Shown here: in pieces, positions 10,340-17,925 of the stretch
Layout of the letters: every line of letters begins with the position of its first letter
How positions within the stretch are numbered: position 1 is the first letter of the stretch
Assembly: GCA_020631975.1 (NCBI GenBank)
Contig: JACKGO010000001.1
Location: forward strand, 197,409-241,537
DNA: 44,129 bases
Origin: Candidatus Nomurabacteria bacterium
GTDB lineage: Bacteria; Patescibacteriota; Saccharimonadia; Saccharimonadales; CAIOMD01
Reading direction: 5' to 3'
Notes under the pieces: model-generated
Database searches by the model: none
Told to the model about the DNA's origin: nothing
Seen by the model: the letters and a program-made list of their open reading frames with translations, nothing else
Translations under genes and position numbers: made by a program

Positions 10340-10800
10340 AATACTAAAAATCTACAACAATACAGTCTTCGCATCCGTAGCATATACCATTTATACTATA
10401 AGTAGCTATGTGAGTACTTTGGCAAAAACTGCTAATTTAATTTACAAGCTGCATGACAAGATGTTTGCACACTCACTGATAGCCAATTGGCTGTTAAGCG
10501 TCCCTACAAACACCATATTCATTTGTTGCAATGGTTAGCGCTAGCGAGCTACGAACGGTACGCAAGCGTAATGATCATCAACATTTAGATAGTAACCCTA
10601 TAACAGCTACCATGTTTTGATACGCACCTTGGTTGCTAAAATGCGAAACTTTCGTTCTATACATACAGATATATTTCACTCTACTATCGCATTTTTAACA
10701 AACCAATCTATCACCTCAAAATTACGGTATTGTTATAAGGTTACTATCGCCTCCAATCCCGTTCGGCTTTACAAAACTTTAAAGTCTGGAGACAAAGAAT

Positions 10801-11055
10801 ATGGCTAAAACTATATTAAACCAAAAAGTCGATGTAACGGCTTTGTACTTTACGAACAAAAATGGGCAACTCAAGAGCTTTCCTAAGCGTATTGAGTACG
10901 ACGGTGGACATCACCAGTTTGTAGAATCTGGCTTGCAAATGCTCGTGCAAACAACAAGTGGTGTAATCCGAATTTTTGAAATGACTGATGGTCATAACAA
11001 CTTTCACCTCCGCCAAAACCCACAAAAAGACTGGACGCTCGTAGCTACCTACTAG
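10801..11055 (+). CDS. Small hypothetical protein (84 aa); paralogue of the 88-aa protein at 15742-16008
   Basis: GGAGA SD 8 nt upstream and a strong terminator downstream. Eyeball alignment with the 15742-16008 product shows a colinear block: P..I, then 33 residues ending IFE..D, then WTL. Confidence 0.6.
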   Translation: MAKTILNQKVDVTALYFTNKNGQLKSFPKRIEYDGGHHQFVESGLQMLVQTTSGVIRIFEMTDGHNNFHLRQNPQKDWTLVATY

Positions 11056-11076
11056 CTGCAAGCTCTTGTATAAAAT

Positions 11077-11108
11077 CGTCGCATATTTATGCGGCGTTTT
11101 TTATTTTG
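11077..11108 (+). terminator. Intrinsic terminator
   Basis: CGTCGCAT-ATTT-ATGCGGCG (8-bp stem, 4-nt loop) followed by TTTTTTATTTT. Confidence 0.75.
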
Positions 11109-11133
11109 ATGACAAACAATCTATAGTATATGC

Positions 11134-11769
11134 ATGGAACCAAAGCTAATCGCCTTTGATTTAAACAAAACGCTCATTAGAGAAAATTCTTGGCTAAATT
11201 TAAATATAGCAATGGGCGTTTCGACAGCAGAAGATGACATTCTCGTGCGATGGTCCCAACAGCGCATAATCACCGATGCTATGGGTCAGCAAATACTATG
11301 TGAAATTTATAAGCAACGTGGTGATATATCATACCAAGCAATTTGGAAGATACTGTCAAATTACACATACGTGCCACACGCAAAAAAAGTGGTTGCTTTA
11401 CTACAAAGTAGAGGATATAGCGTTGCTTTAGTTTCTGGCGCCATGGATATTTTGGTTAAAGCGGTAGCCGAAGAATTAGACATCAAACATTGGCGCGCGG
11501 CAAATACATTTATATTTAATGAATTTGATATGTTACAAAGAATTGACTCTGTAAAAAATGATGCACATTATAAAGCAGAAATGCTTTTAGAATTATGTAA
11601 TGAACTACAATGCACACCAAAAGAATGCCTTGTGGTTGGTGATGGCGCAAATGATATAGAACTATTTAAACTAACTGGTAATGGTGTCACCTTTACTGGG
11701 TCAAATATTAAGCACGAGGCAAGGTATATAATCACTGGTTTAGATGAAATTCTAGACATAGTGGTATAA
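11134..11769 (+). CDS. HAD-superfamily hydrolase, subfamily IB (phosphoserine-phosphatase-like)
   Basis: Motif I FDLNKTL, motif II VSGA and motif IV VVGDGANDIELF. TATAGT at 11122-11127 lies 6 nt before the ATG. Confidence 0.8.
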   Translation: MEPKLIAFDLNKTLIRENSWLNLNIAMGVSTAEDDILVRWSQQRIITDAMGQQILCEIYKQRGDISYQAIWKILSNYTYVPHAKKVVALLQSRGYSVALVSGAMDILVKAVAEELDIKHWRAANTFIFNEFDMLQRIDSVKNDAHYKAEMLLELCNELQCTPKECLVVGDGANDIELFKLTGNGVTFTGSNIKHEARYIITGLDEILDIVV

Positions 11770-11775
11770 GTAAGA

Positions 11776-11784
11776 TGCTATAAT
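11776..11784 (+). promoter_or_regulatory. Extended -10 promoter (TGcTATAAT) for the 11822 gene
   Basis: TG at 11776-11777 and TATAAT at 11779-11784. AAGGA SD precedes the ATG at 11822. Confidence 0.45.
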
Positions 11785-11821
11785 AGCCGTAGCATAAAAT
11801 GGGTGGAGCTAAGGATATTAA

Positions 11822-12235
11822 ATGGCAGTTTCACCAGAAGACCTTTTTTCATCAACAAAAATAATTGTAAGATCGTTGCAAACACGTAATCCTTTAAAGA
11901 GTTCTATGCGTGGTGGGCTGTTATATCTAGCCTATGTTTTAGTGGCAGACATGTCGGAGTCGTTAATGCAAGACGATGATGAACGTGGAGTAGAGCGACT
12001 AGGACGTATTGATACATTAGCTATAGGGTGGGAACATATAGCACAACGACTAGACTATAAAGGTAGAGAATTTCACGATGCAACGTCTGCTGACGCCGCA
12101 GAAATGCATTATACGCTGGCACAGGGTTATGCACTTGGTGTACACGATACCGGCGAAAGAAACGAAACTAAAATTACACATTTAGCATTTATGCTTGGTG
12201 AGTATGTTATGCATGTAACAAAACCAACTATATAA
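11822..12235 (+). CDS. Hypothetical protein (137 aa)
   Basis: Has its own promoter and SD. Its 3' end overlaps the convergent queA stop by 8 nt. No family recognised. Confidence 0.55.
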   Translation: MAVSPEDLFSSTKIIVRSLQTRNPLKSSMRGGLLYLAYVLVADMSESLMQDDDERGVERLGRIDTLAIGWEHIAQRLDYKGREFHDATSADAAEMHYTLAQGYALGVHDTGERNETKITHLAFMLGEYVMHVTKPTI

Positions 12236-13256
12236 TGAGCATACTATCACCGTAGCTGAGAAACTTGTAGTTAGATTCTACGGCGTGTTCATAAGCTTGC
12301 TTTAGATTTGGCCAGCCAGCAAAGGCAGCAGCCAGCATAAGCACAGTACTTTTAGGGGCATGAAAGTTTGTGAGTAATGCATCTACTATCTTAAATTTGT
12401 ATCCCGGGTACATAAAAATATCAGCTTCACCGGTAACATCGCCGGGCTTTTGCTGCATAATTTGGCTATGACAGTATTCAAGGGTGCGAGTAATGGTAGT
12501 ACCAAGCGCAACAACACGATGATTATTACGTTTGGCCGTCTGGATGGTTGCAATTGTCTCTTTGGGCAATTCAAAATATTCTTTATGCATCACATGGTCT
12601 TCGACGTTATCTGTACGGATAGGCATAAACGTGCCTAACCCAACATGAAGCGTTGCGTATACCACATGAATGCCCTTGCTTTGTAAATTTGCTAAGGTAT
12701 CATCTGTCATATTGAGGCTCGCTGTAGGTGCCGCGACAGAACCTTGTTCTTTTGCCCATACAGTTTGGTAACGTTCGGTATCTGATTCTTTTACATCCCT
12801 GTGGATATATGGTGGCAGTGGCACAGAACCATACTGCTCTGCCACGTCAAGTAAGTCCATACTACTTTGCACAATCGCCAAACCATCACCCAGAATTTTA
12901 TTAACTGTTATCGTGGCTTTGCCCACAGTAAGTACATCGCCTACAGCTAGTTTTCTACGGTACATTATTTTATGGGTGTGCCAGTCATCATTAATACCAT
13001 GCTTTTCTAATATTATTAATTCGCGCTTTGCGCCATTTTGCTTAGTGACGTTCAAGCGGGCTTTTATGACTTTTGTGTCATTTAATACAAGTACATCACC
13101 GTTTTGCAAATAGTCTACAATATCGCTATATTTTTTATCTTCTATCGCGCCACTTTTTTTGTGCAGCACTAATAAGTTCGATGTGCCTCTGATTTTTACT
13201 GGTTGCAATGCTATTTTATCTTCTGGTAAGTCGTAGTTGTAATCAGAAATTTTCAT
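12228..13256 (-). CDS. queA: S-adenosylmethionine:tRNA ribosyltransferase-isomerase
   Basis: MKISDYNYDLPEDKIALQP..R..SNLLVL N-terminus, YGSVPLPPYI, GSVAAPTASLNMT and HVGLGTF are all QueA hallmarks. Confidence 0.92.
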   Translation of the reverse strand: MKISDYNYDLPEDKIALQPVKIRGTSNLLVLHKKSGAIEDKKYSDIVDYLQNGDVLVLNDTKVIKARLNVTKQNGAKRELIILEKHGINDDWHTHKIMYRRKLAVGDVLTVGKATITVNKILGDGLAIVQSSMDLLDVAEQYGSVPLPPYIHRDVKESDTERYQTVWAKEQGSVAAPTASLNMTDDTLANLQSKGIHVVYATLHVGLGTFMPIRTDNVEDHVMHKEYFELPKETIATIQTAKRNNHRVVALGTTITRTLEYCHSQIMQQKPGDVTGEADIFMYPGYKFKIVDALLTNFHAPKSTVLMLAAAFAGWPNLKQAYEHAVESNYKFLSYGDSMLII

Positions 13257-13282
13257 ACTAGGTAATAGTAACAGATTAGCGC

Positions 13283-13312
13283 TATAAATAAAGCCCCGCA
13301 GTAAACGGAGCT
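13283..13312 (-). terminator. Intrinsic terminator after the 13335-13883 gene
   Basis: On the - strand, AGCTCCG-TTTACTG-CGGGGCT (7 bp including one GU) is followed by TTATTTAT. Confidence 0.45.
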
Positions 13313-13334
13313 ATATTTCGTTATGTGCTTAATA

Positions 13335-13883
13335 CTATTTACGTCGCTTGGTAGTTTTCTTTTTTGCAGATTTTTGCGGTAAAGAACTAATATTACCGAG
13401 CACAAATAAGGTAGCCGCTACAGCAGCAGCTGCAAGTAGTCCAGCCCCGGCAAGTAAGACGATTTTAGCTACAAAACCCCATCCGTAGGCATTCAATAGT
13501 GTGCCGCGGAGTGTTTCGCCCATGAATATAGTCAATCGTTGCTCTGCTAACTTTTCACCCTCTGGTGTAGATTTTTGTTCTGGCGTTAACGCCTGATACT
13601 GACCAGATACTTCTGAGTATGTCTGCCCGTTAGCTATTTTTGCGATGTGCCCTTGTATGTAGCTCGCAAAGGCCTTGGCTTCATCGCCCGTATCTACAGT
13701 AGCTTCAGCATAACTGACTAGATCGTCTCTCCCCTGCGCAGTAAGCGCTTCGCTAGAAGGGAAAGTTATTTTTTGATCTGCTAGATTTTCTTTCACAAAA
13801 TTAGACGCATAGACACCTCCCCACAGGAGTAATCCGCCTGCAATGGCGAGTACAAGTGCCGCTGTAAAAAATATTTTTTTCAT
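13335..13883 (-). CDS. Membrane protein (182 aa): N- and C-terminal TM helices with a Lys-rich tail
   Basis: N-terminal hydrophobic helix MKKIFFTAALVLAIAGGLLLW, ~110-aa soluble domain, second TM helix and a KSAKKKTTKRRK tail. No family recognised. Confidence 0.6.
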   Translation of the reverse strand: MKKIFFTAALVLAIAGGLLLWGGVYASNFVKENLADQKITFPSSEALTAQGRDDLVSYAEATVDTGDEAKAFASYIQGHIAKIANGQTYSEVSGQYQALTPEQKSTPEGEKLAEQRLTIFMGETLRGTLLNAYGWGFVAKIVLLAGAGLLAAAAVAATLFVLGNISSLPQKSAKKKTTKRRK

Positions 13884-13967
13884 ATAGTTTATATTTTCTT
13901 ACTTATTGATTGCTATTAATGGCAAGTATACATAAGCGTTGCTCCGTTGTAAATACAGCTTACTTTC

Positions 13968-14270
13968 CTAGAATATAAGGCTTATCAGCCACGCAATGCT
14001 TAGAACGAACATAGATACAAAACTTGCTATTAACAAAGATATAAGCGGTATAAACACTGGTACTTTTTTTATCAGGGCGACTACAAATGCAAAGATTGCA
14101 AAAATAAACCCAAAAATTGGAATAATACTAAACACTAACGATAAAAAGCTTATACTCCAGGCGAAGGCAGATATTTGCTTTGTTTTTTGGGAAGATTCAC
14201 GGTACTGTTCTTTATAATGAAAGCCGTCTGGCTGGTGGATGATTTCAGCTTCAGGTGGATTTTTTGTCAT
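13968..14270 (-). CDS. Small membrane protein (100 aa)
   Basis: Polar N-terminus followed by two to three TM helices. Ends 18 nt downstream of the polymerase gene on the same strand. Confidence 0.5.
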   Translation of the reverse strand: MTKNPPEAEIIHQPDGFHYKEQYRESSQKTKQISAFAWSISFLSLVFSIIPIFGFIFAIFAFVVALIKKVPVFIPLISLLIASFVSMFVLSIAWLISLIF

Positions 14271-14288
14271 AGTACTACCTATTATACC

Positions 14289-15527
14289 CTACGTAGTGGG
14301 TATTGAGCCAAAGGCAATGCGGTCTAGGACAATTCCTTCCATACCCGTCATATTGCCCGGAATAAGCGTAAACTCGCCATACCTGTCGTTGATTGTATCC
14401 GAAGCATCAGCCAAGTTGTAGGTATCTAGACGTGTACCAGCAAACAGGGTTTGTTGGCGTGGTGTGCTGGCGGTAAGTTTATAGACAGATACACCAATTT
14501 GTGTGACGTTCGTCGGGATGGTGGCTTCGTTGAGTAAGCGCTGGGCTTGCATATAAATGTCTTGGCTGGCGTACAGGGTACTTTTAGAGTGGCGCCCCTT
14601 AGCCCAGTGTGCATAATTGGCAAAGCGTAGCCAAAGGTGTACACCATGGGCACTGTAATTATTTTTACGCATACGCCGGCCGGTTTTTTCGCATAATTTT
14701 GCCACAATTTTAGAAAGTTCTTCCCTGCTGGTGGTCTTTTTACTTAAGGCGTACTGGTGGCCAAAGGTTTTTGTACCCCACGTTACGTTGTCTACCTCCC
14801 AGCCACGTAAACGAGCATACCAATCATACCCAACACGGCTTTTAAAGACTCGTTTTGCTAAAAAATCGGGGGCAGCTTGGGCAAATTCGGTTGGCGTAAA
14901 AATGCCTGCTGCTTGTAAGCGAGCAGCATACCGAACATTAATGCCAGTAATGTCGGTAAGAGCCATGTGCTGATATACGGTTGCTACGTTGCGGGCGGTA
15001 ATAGTGTCTAGACCATCTGGCTTGTTAAGCCCGGCCGCTGTTTTTGCCCAAAACCTGTTGGTACCAATACCAACATTTACCGTTACATAGCTCCCAAGAC
15101 TATCTCTTATATCTTGTTTAATGCGTTGGCCAATGGCTTGTATGGTGGTGCCGGTACGCAGTTGCGGGCTACCCTGAAGATCGAGTACAAATTCGTCAAT
15201 ACTTTTGGGGGTGACACTACTGGTGTAGCGCAGCAGCACATTTTTAAAACGGTTGTGCGCATCGCGGTACTTACTGGGGTCTGGCATGCGTACGCAGACA
15301 TCAGGCGCCAGTAAGCGTGCTTCTTGTACGTTTACTCCAATTTTTATTCCCTTGGCCTTGGCTTCGTAGCTGCTCGCAATAACCATGCCACGTGGCGTGT
15401 CATAGGCAGCAATAGCCACCGGCTTATGGCGTAACAGCGGGTTTGCCTGTTGTTCTATAATTGCAAAGCAACTATTAAGATCAATGTGCATTGTGGTTGG
15501 TGGGTTGTGATTATAATTATTCTGCAT
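14289..15527 (-). CDS. Y-family DNA polymerase, UmuC-like (alternative start ATG 15491)
   Basis: IDLNSCFAIIEQ (compare UmuC DVNAFYASCE), GMVIASSYEAKAKGIKIG, the catalytic SIDEF motif, VGIGTNRFWAK and the helix-hairpin-helix GINVRYAARLQAAGI. Confidence 0.88.
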   Translation of the reverse strand: MQNNYNHNPPTTMHIDLNSCFAIIEQQANPLLRHKPVAIAAYDTPRGMVIASSYEAKAKGIKIGVNVQEARLLAPDVCVRMPDPSKYRDAHNRFKNVLLRYTSSVTPKSIDEFVLDLQGSPQLRTGTTIQAIGQRIKQDIRDSLGSYVTVNVGIGTNRFWAKTAAGLNKPDGLDTITARNVATVYQHMALTDITGINVRYAARLQAAGIFTPTEFAQAAPDFLAKRVFKSRVGYDWYARLRGWEVDNVTWGTKTFGHQYALSKKTTSREELSKIVAKLCEKTGRRMRKNNYSAHGVHLWLRFANYAHWAKGRHSKSTLYASQDIYMQAQRLLNEATIPTNVTQIGVSVYKLTASTPRQQTLFAGTRLDTYNLADASDTINDRYGEFTLIPGNMTGMEGIVLDRIAFGSIPTT

Positions 15528-15553
15528 ATTGCCACGGTTGTTATACTAGATAT

Positions 15554-15745
15554 ATGAAGTCGTACGAACAAGGCTGCTTAAAAGACTATCCCGTAGAAGA
15601 TGGCGAGTTTGCCAAACAGTGCGTGCACGTGGGCTGTAATTACGAAGAATTTCGTAAGACAGACCAACAAGATGGCGGTGAAATACACGTCTGCATAATT
15701 GGCCGGCTTGGCCACTGTGCTCACCCTGCAGATATCGCCAGCTAG
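15554..15745 (+). CDS. Candidate leaderless Cys/His-rich mini-protein (63 aa) in the spacer between the 88-aa gene and the polymerase, on the opposite strand
   Basis: TGtTATACT (15539-15547) lies 6 nt before the ATG at 15554. Product MKSYEQGCLKDYPVEDGEFAKQCVHVGCNYEEFRKTDQQDGGEIHVCIIGRLGHCAHPADIAS has a protein-like composition with 5 Cys and 4 His. Its stop shares the palindrome CTAG with the convergent gene. The alternative is the Arg/Leu/Ser-rich - strand ORF 15546-15758. Confidence 0.3.
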   Translation: MKSYEQGCLKDYPVEDGEFAKQCVHVGCNYEEFRKTDQQDGGEIHVCIIGRLGHCAHPADIAS

Positions 15746-16008
15746 TCGGCGTTGCCATCGCTTACCTCTTCTAGCGTCCAGTGCAAATTATCGGTATTAA
15801 AATTAAGCCGAAACCACAGGCTTTGTTCACTGTCTACAAGTTCAAATATATGGTGGCAGATCTTGCCATCGTATACCTTGTGGTGGTAGCCAATTTCGCC
15901 TACCGTGTAATCTTTATTTTGCCAACTGATGGCGTACGGTTGAGCACGCTGATTACGAGCATTGTAAAACGATACCACGCTTATTTCTTGGTTAATTTTA
16001 GATTTCAT
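15742..16008 (-). CDS. Small hypothetical protein (88 aa) upstream of the UmuC-like polymerase; paralogue of 10801-11055
   Basis: Same strand as the polymerase and 5' of it. Shares the IFE..D and WTL blocks with the 84-aa protein. No UmuD or YolD hallmarks seen. Confidence 0.6.
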   Translation of the reverse strand: MKSKINQEISVVSFYNARNQRAQPYAISWQNKDYTVGEIGYHHKVYDGKICHHIFELVDSEQSLWFRLNFNTDNLHWTLEEVSDGNAD

Positions 16009-16108
16009 ACATATCCTTTAGAGTTATCAGTTTTAAGACACACATATACGTAGTGCCAAGGAGCCTTCAGCTATTTACTAAACGCTCACGACGAAATATT
16101 ATTAACGT

Positions 16109-16786
16109 ATGTGCGGACGGTATACATTGTATGGCGATGACCACTTGGTAGAGCGGTTTAATTTGGCTACACAGCCGTCTTTTGTAAGTAAAGATAGTTA
16201 CAATATTGCGCCCCGGCAGCGTTTGCCAATTATATATACAGACGATTCACAACAGCGCACGGCCCAATTAATGCAATGGGGGTATATTCCACCTTGGTCA
16301 AAAGATGTAAAAAAAGAAAGACGACCCATTAATACACGCGCAGAAACTGTATTTACAAGCCCTATGTGGCGGAGTGCTGTCGCACATCACCGTTGCTTGG
16401 TGCCTGCAAGGGGCTTTTATGAATGGAAGTCAGAAGTCACAGGTAAACAGCCCTACTATATTACGCCAAAAACACACGATATATTTGCCTTTGCGGGGAT
16501 TTATAGTATTTGGTACGATGCCGAACACCACCCGCTATATACGTTTTCTATCCTTACAACGCACCCCAATGCCCAAATGGCCAAAGTGCACGATAGAATG
16601 CCAGTTATACTACTGCCAGAGCAAGAATCTGCTTGGCTAAACCCTACGTACCGCGACCAAGAGCAACTGGCGGGCTTGCTTGAACCGTACAAGGATAATG
16701 GCTTAGAGATATATGCAGTTAGCTCAGAAGTGAATACGCCTCGTAATAACCGTAAAGAGTTACTAGAGCCTCTTCTTGCCTCTTGA
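16109..16786 (+). CDS. yedK: SOS-response-associated peptidase (SRAP/YedK) abasic-site processing protein
   Basis: MCGRY N-terminus (Cys2 nucleophile), NIAP, NTRAET, FYEW and the HDRMPVIL motif. Confidence 0.9.
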   Translation: MCGRYTLYGDDHLVERFNLATQPSFVSKDSYNIAPRQRLPIIYTDDSQQRTAQLMQWGYIPPWSKDVKKERRPINTRAETVFTSPMWRSAVAHHRCLVPARGFYEWKSEVTGKQPYYITPKTHDIFAFAGIYSIWYDAEHHPLYTFSILTTHPNAQMAKVHDRMPVILLPEQESAWLNPTYRDQEQLAGLLEPYKDNGLEIYAVSSEVNTPRNNRKELLEPLLAS

Positions 16787-16993
16787 GCGTTTGGTATATA
16801 TCACGCGTGTAAAATAAATCGTTTATGCGGAGGAATCTGCTTTTTTAAGCAAAAGCCCACATATAACTACTTTTATTATAGTACTTCATAGCTACGCTAT
16901 TCAAATTTCTTATATGTACGCGCGGCAACCAGCCCCAGCACGAACAAAACACTAACCTACACAGATGCACAACCCTGTAAAAAGTGGTGTTTT

Positions 16994-17818
16994 TTATTGG
17001 GTTTTGACGTAGATAGTTGATGGGTGGGTACCGGTAAACGTAATGGTGCCATTGTTAAGAGTAGCGCTTTGGGCATCTAGGTGCGGCGTATTATTAATGG
17101 CGCTTTGGGTACCAGCGCTTAAAACTTGTTGGGCGATTTCTGGCGGGACGCTGTAGCGGCCAATTTGAGCTTCTTGCACACTAAGCTGCAGTTGATTATT
17201 CGTAACAGAACCCGAAGCTTTAATGTAAATAGGTGCATTATTAACTAGCTTTTTACCCCACCCTACTGCTGTATCAATATCGCTTTGGCTATAGCCGACT
17301 CCGCCTATGTAGCTGATAAATTGGGTAATGTAGTCTAGCTGCAGATTACCGGCAATTTCTACGGTGCCATCTGTAAGCTTAACCTGGGCATTTTTAATAG
17401 GCATCCATAGCCAGCCTGATTCATTAATTGCTGCTGTTAGTTCTTCTTGGCTGACCACTTGGTTATTTACGACCACAGGGTCTGCAAAAACGGTCTTTTT
17501 GGCTGGATTATCTGGGCTTACTGGCGCGTTAGCATAATTTTGCAAATTAGTTTGAGTTTTGGTTAAAAACGCTTGGTAGTCTTGTGGTGTATAGGTAACA
17601 CCTAGATCTTTAGCTTTTGTGGCACCCATAAGCGTAGATACACCCGGCACAAGCCCAAAATAACCAGCAATAAGTACCGGCACACCAATGACAATAATGA
17701 GCCCAATTGCTAAACCAATAAAAACATTCCTGCCTGTGTGGCTCTTTTTAGTCTTTGTTTCTGGTTTTGGTTCTTCTTGGCTATTACTTGTTGTAGATTG
17801 ACCAGATTCTTCTTGCAT
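16994..17818 (-). CDS. Membrane-anchored extracytoplasmic protein (274 aa)
   Basis: ATG at 17818 is preceded by AAGGAG 8 nt upstream, and is preferred over the track start at 17896. Disordered polar N-terminus, one TM helix, then a ~190-aa external domain. Confidence 0.6.
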   Translation of the reverse strand: MQEESGQSTTSNSQEEPKPETKTKKSHTGRNVFIGLAIGLIIVIGVPVLIAGYFGLVPGVSTLMGATKAKDLGVTYTPQDYQAFLTKTQTNLQNYANAPVSPDNPAKKTVFADPVVVNNQVVSQEELTAAINESGWLWMPIKNAQVKLTDGTVEIAGNLQLDYITQFISYIGGVGYSQSDIDTAVGWGKKLVNNAPIYIKASGSVTNNQLQLSVQEAQIGRYSVPPEIAQQVLSAGTQSAINNTPHLDAQSATLNNGTITFTGTHPSTIYVKTQ

Positions 17819-17925
17819 AACACGTTCTCCTTTACTTTTTATTATACGCCCGTTGTATAGACCAAATACAGCTAAAATGAACCTAAAACTAGACATAAGT
17901 TTTATAATATGATATAGTATATATT

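Noticed and set aside
10329-10808. ORFs 10329-10538 and 10617-10808
   Set aside because: They have non-ATG starts, no SD and an implausible Ile/Tyr/Asn/Thr/Cys-rich composition. The region is treated as non-coding or a decayed remnant.
9816-12235. Possible distant relationship between the 148-aa (9816) and 137-aa (11822) hypothetical proteins
   Set aside because: Only a short, weak E.MH.....G..L pattern is shared, which is not enough to claim paralogy without a profile comparison.
15546-15758. 70-aa - strand ORF in the spacer upstream of the polymerase
   Set aside because: Its Arg/Leu/Ser-rich composition is typical of an antisense frame, and its start lies inside the 88-aa gene. The + strand Cys/His ORF, with a -10 element 6 nt upstream, is the better though still uncertain candidate.
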